In this document: positions 36,179-37,305 of the stretch, in pieces
Numbering within the stretch: the stretch's first letter is position 1
Layout: each line of letters opens with the position of its first letter
Assembly: GCA_030600525.1 (NCBI GenBank)
Contig: JAUVLX010000001.1
Location: forward strand, 1 to 37,305
Source of the DNA: Desulfobulbus sp.
GTDB taxonomy: Bacteria > Desulfobacterota > Desulfobulbia > Desulfobulbales > Desulfobulbaceae
DNA length: 37,305 nt
Reading direction: 5' to 3'
Made by a program: the position numbers and the translations under genes
Notes under the pieces: model-generated
Database searches by the model: none
Told to the model about the DNA's origin: nothing
The model's input: only the letters and a program-made list of their open reading frames with translations

Positions 36179-36499
36179 ATGGATATGGAGCAAAATGCGG
36201 AATTACTGCGCTTGGAAGAACTTGTTGATCAAGTCTTAAATAAATATAATCAGCTGAAATCCGATTATCAAGCTCTTGAAGAAATGTTGCAGGAACGCGA
36301 TATGGAATGTGCAGAGCTTAAAGGAACCATTGAAAACCTCAGCGACGAAAGGGCCGCTGTCAGCGGTCGCGTTTCAGGCCTGTTGGATCGCATCACTCAA
36401 TGGGAAAATGAGCAGGTCAACGATTCGGGAAACGATGGCGGAGGATCTGGGGATCAGAGCCCCTTGTATAATGGTGAGCACGAAGAGCATCAGGGTTAA
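36179..36499 (+). CDS. zapB: Cell division protein ZapB-like coiled coil
   Basis: Heptad coiled coil 'LEELVDQVL...RVSGLLDRI', directly upstream of zapA. Confidence 0.75.
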   Translation: MDMEQNAELLRLEELVDQVLNKYNQLKSDYQALEEMLQERDMECAELKGTIENLSDERAAVSGRVSGLLDRITQWENEQVNDSGNDGGGSGDQSPLYNGEHEEHQG

Positions 36500-36513
36500 A
36501 GTTACGGGATCGA

Positions 36514-36801
36514 ATGAAAGATCGTCTCGTTCGTTTTAATCTGTTTGGCCAGGAGTTTGCTTTTTACAGCGAGGCTCCGGACAACGAAGTGGAATTGGCC
36601 ATACGTCTGCTTCGTCAAGAATTGGAAGGGGGCGAGAAGCTCAGTCGTAGTGCGATCCCTTCGAGCAAATTGCTAGTGTTGGGCTGTCTGCGCCTTGCTG
36701 CAAGATATGTGCAGTTGGAACACGAGTTCCAGGATTTTAAAAGGCATCAGGATCAAACCATAGACAAGCTCTCTGAAAAAATATCAGGGGCAATGGACTG
36801 A
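36514..36801 (+). CDS. zapA: Cell division protein ZapA
   Basis: 'NLFGQEF', 'KLLVLGCLRLA' plus a coiled coil; upstream of 6S RNA as is typical. Confidence 0.82.
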   Translation: MKDRLVRFNLFGQEFAFYSEAPDNEVELAIRLLRQELEGGEKLSRSAIPSSKLLVLGCLRLAARYVQLEHEFQDFKRHQDQTIDKLSEKISGAMD

Positions 36802-36837
36802 TCCAAAGAGATTGTTATTTAGTTTAATGTAGCGTTC

Positions 36838-36846
36838 TGCTATACT
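36838..36846 (+). promoter_or_regulatory. Extended -10 promoter element for 6S RNA
   Basis: TGcTATACT just upstream of the 6S closing stem. Confidence 0.5.
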
Positions 36847-36863
36847 ACATCTAAACAAGTGAT

Positions 36864-37030
36864 GATACCCCTGCTCTGTTTGTGATTAACGGAGTATTGA
36901 GCCAACTCTCATTGATAGGGTAGCTTCCCTGTTGGATTATGGAAAACTTCATTGATTCCCAGACGACGACATGAGCATGCCCACCTAATTTTTTAGGTTT
37001 AATCATTGCGTTGACACGGCAGGGTGGGGA
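36864..37030 (+). ncRNA. ssrS: 6S RNA
   Basis: Closing stem CCCTGCTCTGT...ACACGGCAGGG, 'TTGAGCC', GGG/GCAT-GCCCACC motifs, and the conserved position after zapA. Ends are approximate. Confidence 0.85.
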
Positions 37031-37305
37031 TTTTTTAAATATCAGCGGCTTGGCTGCTGTTTAGATACGGCCATTTTCCGTATTGCAATCGGGATGGTTT
37101 TTAAGTGAAACAGGCGGACAGATTCAGGTCCGGTGATCGTAAACAACTCTGACGAGATCAGGTTTACCATATATGCGTAACCCCTCCAGCGGGATGTTAA
37201 CCGGGGAGATATCATGTTGCTGTGGCAGTGGTATTCTTACCCATCGGTCTATCGACTGAAACGTACCGGTATATTGCGGCGTTAAAGCAGCATCTATCCG
37301 GAACC

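Noticed and set aside
37105-37170. Possible hammerhead ribozyme (GAAAC...GTC...CTGACGAG)
   Set aside because: Stems I-III cannot be paired around the core motifs.
1-37305. CRISPR array, tRNA, rRNA or prophage
   Set aside because: No regularly spaced direct repeats, cloverleaf motifs, rRNA-like sequence or phage structural genes seen.

Overview
Bacterial chromosomal window. Gene style and content suggest a Desulfobulbaceae/Desulfocapsaceae-like deltaproteobacterium (inference). Left to right: the 3' end of a DUF4338 gene and a probable IS end, a frameshifted gene relic, and an AsmA-family gene. Next is a ~13.5 kb minus-strand operon under a cobalamin riboswitch and attenuator: TonB-dependent receptor, DUF2162-like membrane protein, ExbB-like, DUF2149, an exported BtuF-CbiZ fusion, an exported membrane-anchored CobN-like protein, CbiK, a second BtuF-like protein and ExbB-ExbD-TonB. 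Then an ArsR/permease/thioredoxin-like operon, galE, a sodium:solute symporter followed by an HD hydrolase resembling phage DatZ, a DUF922-like HExxH protein, vWA-OmpA and an aldo/keto reductase. After that come an HDOD/hybrid kinase/YihY/ParB-fusion operon, moaE, an MltD-like transglycosylase, a Nudix hydrolase and zapB-zapA-6S RNA. Several MITE-like hairpin elements are present, one nested inside another, plus a perfect 42-bp palindrome. The best candidates for new biology are the periplasmic corrinoid remodelling/cobalt-stripping operon, the chromosomal DatZ-like HD enzyme next to a symporter, and the orphan ParB fusion. Family calls are from motif recognition by eye; no database search was run.
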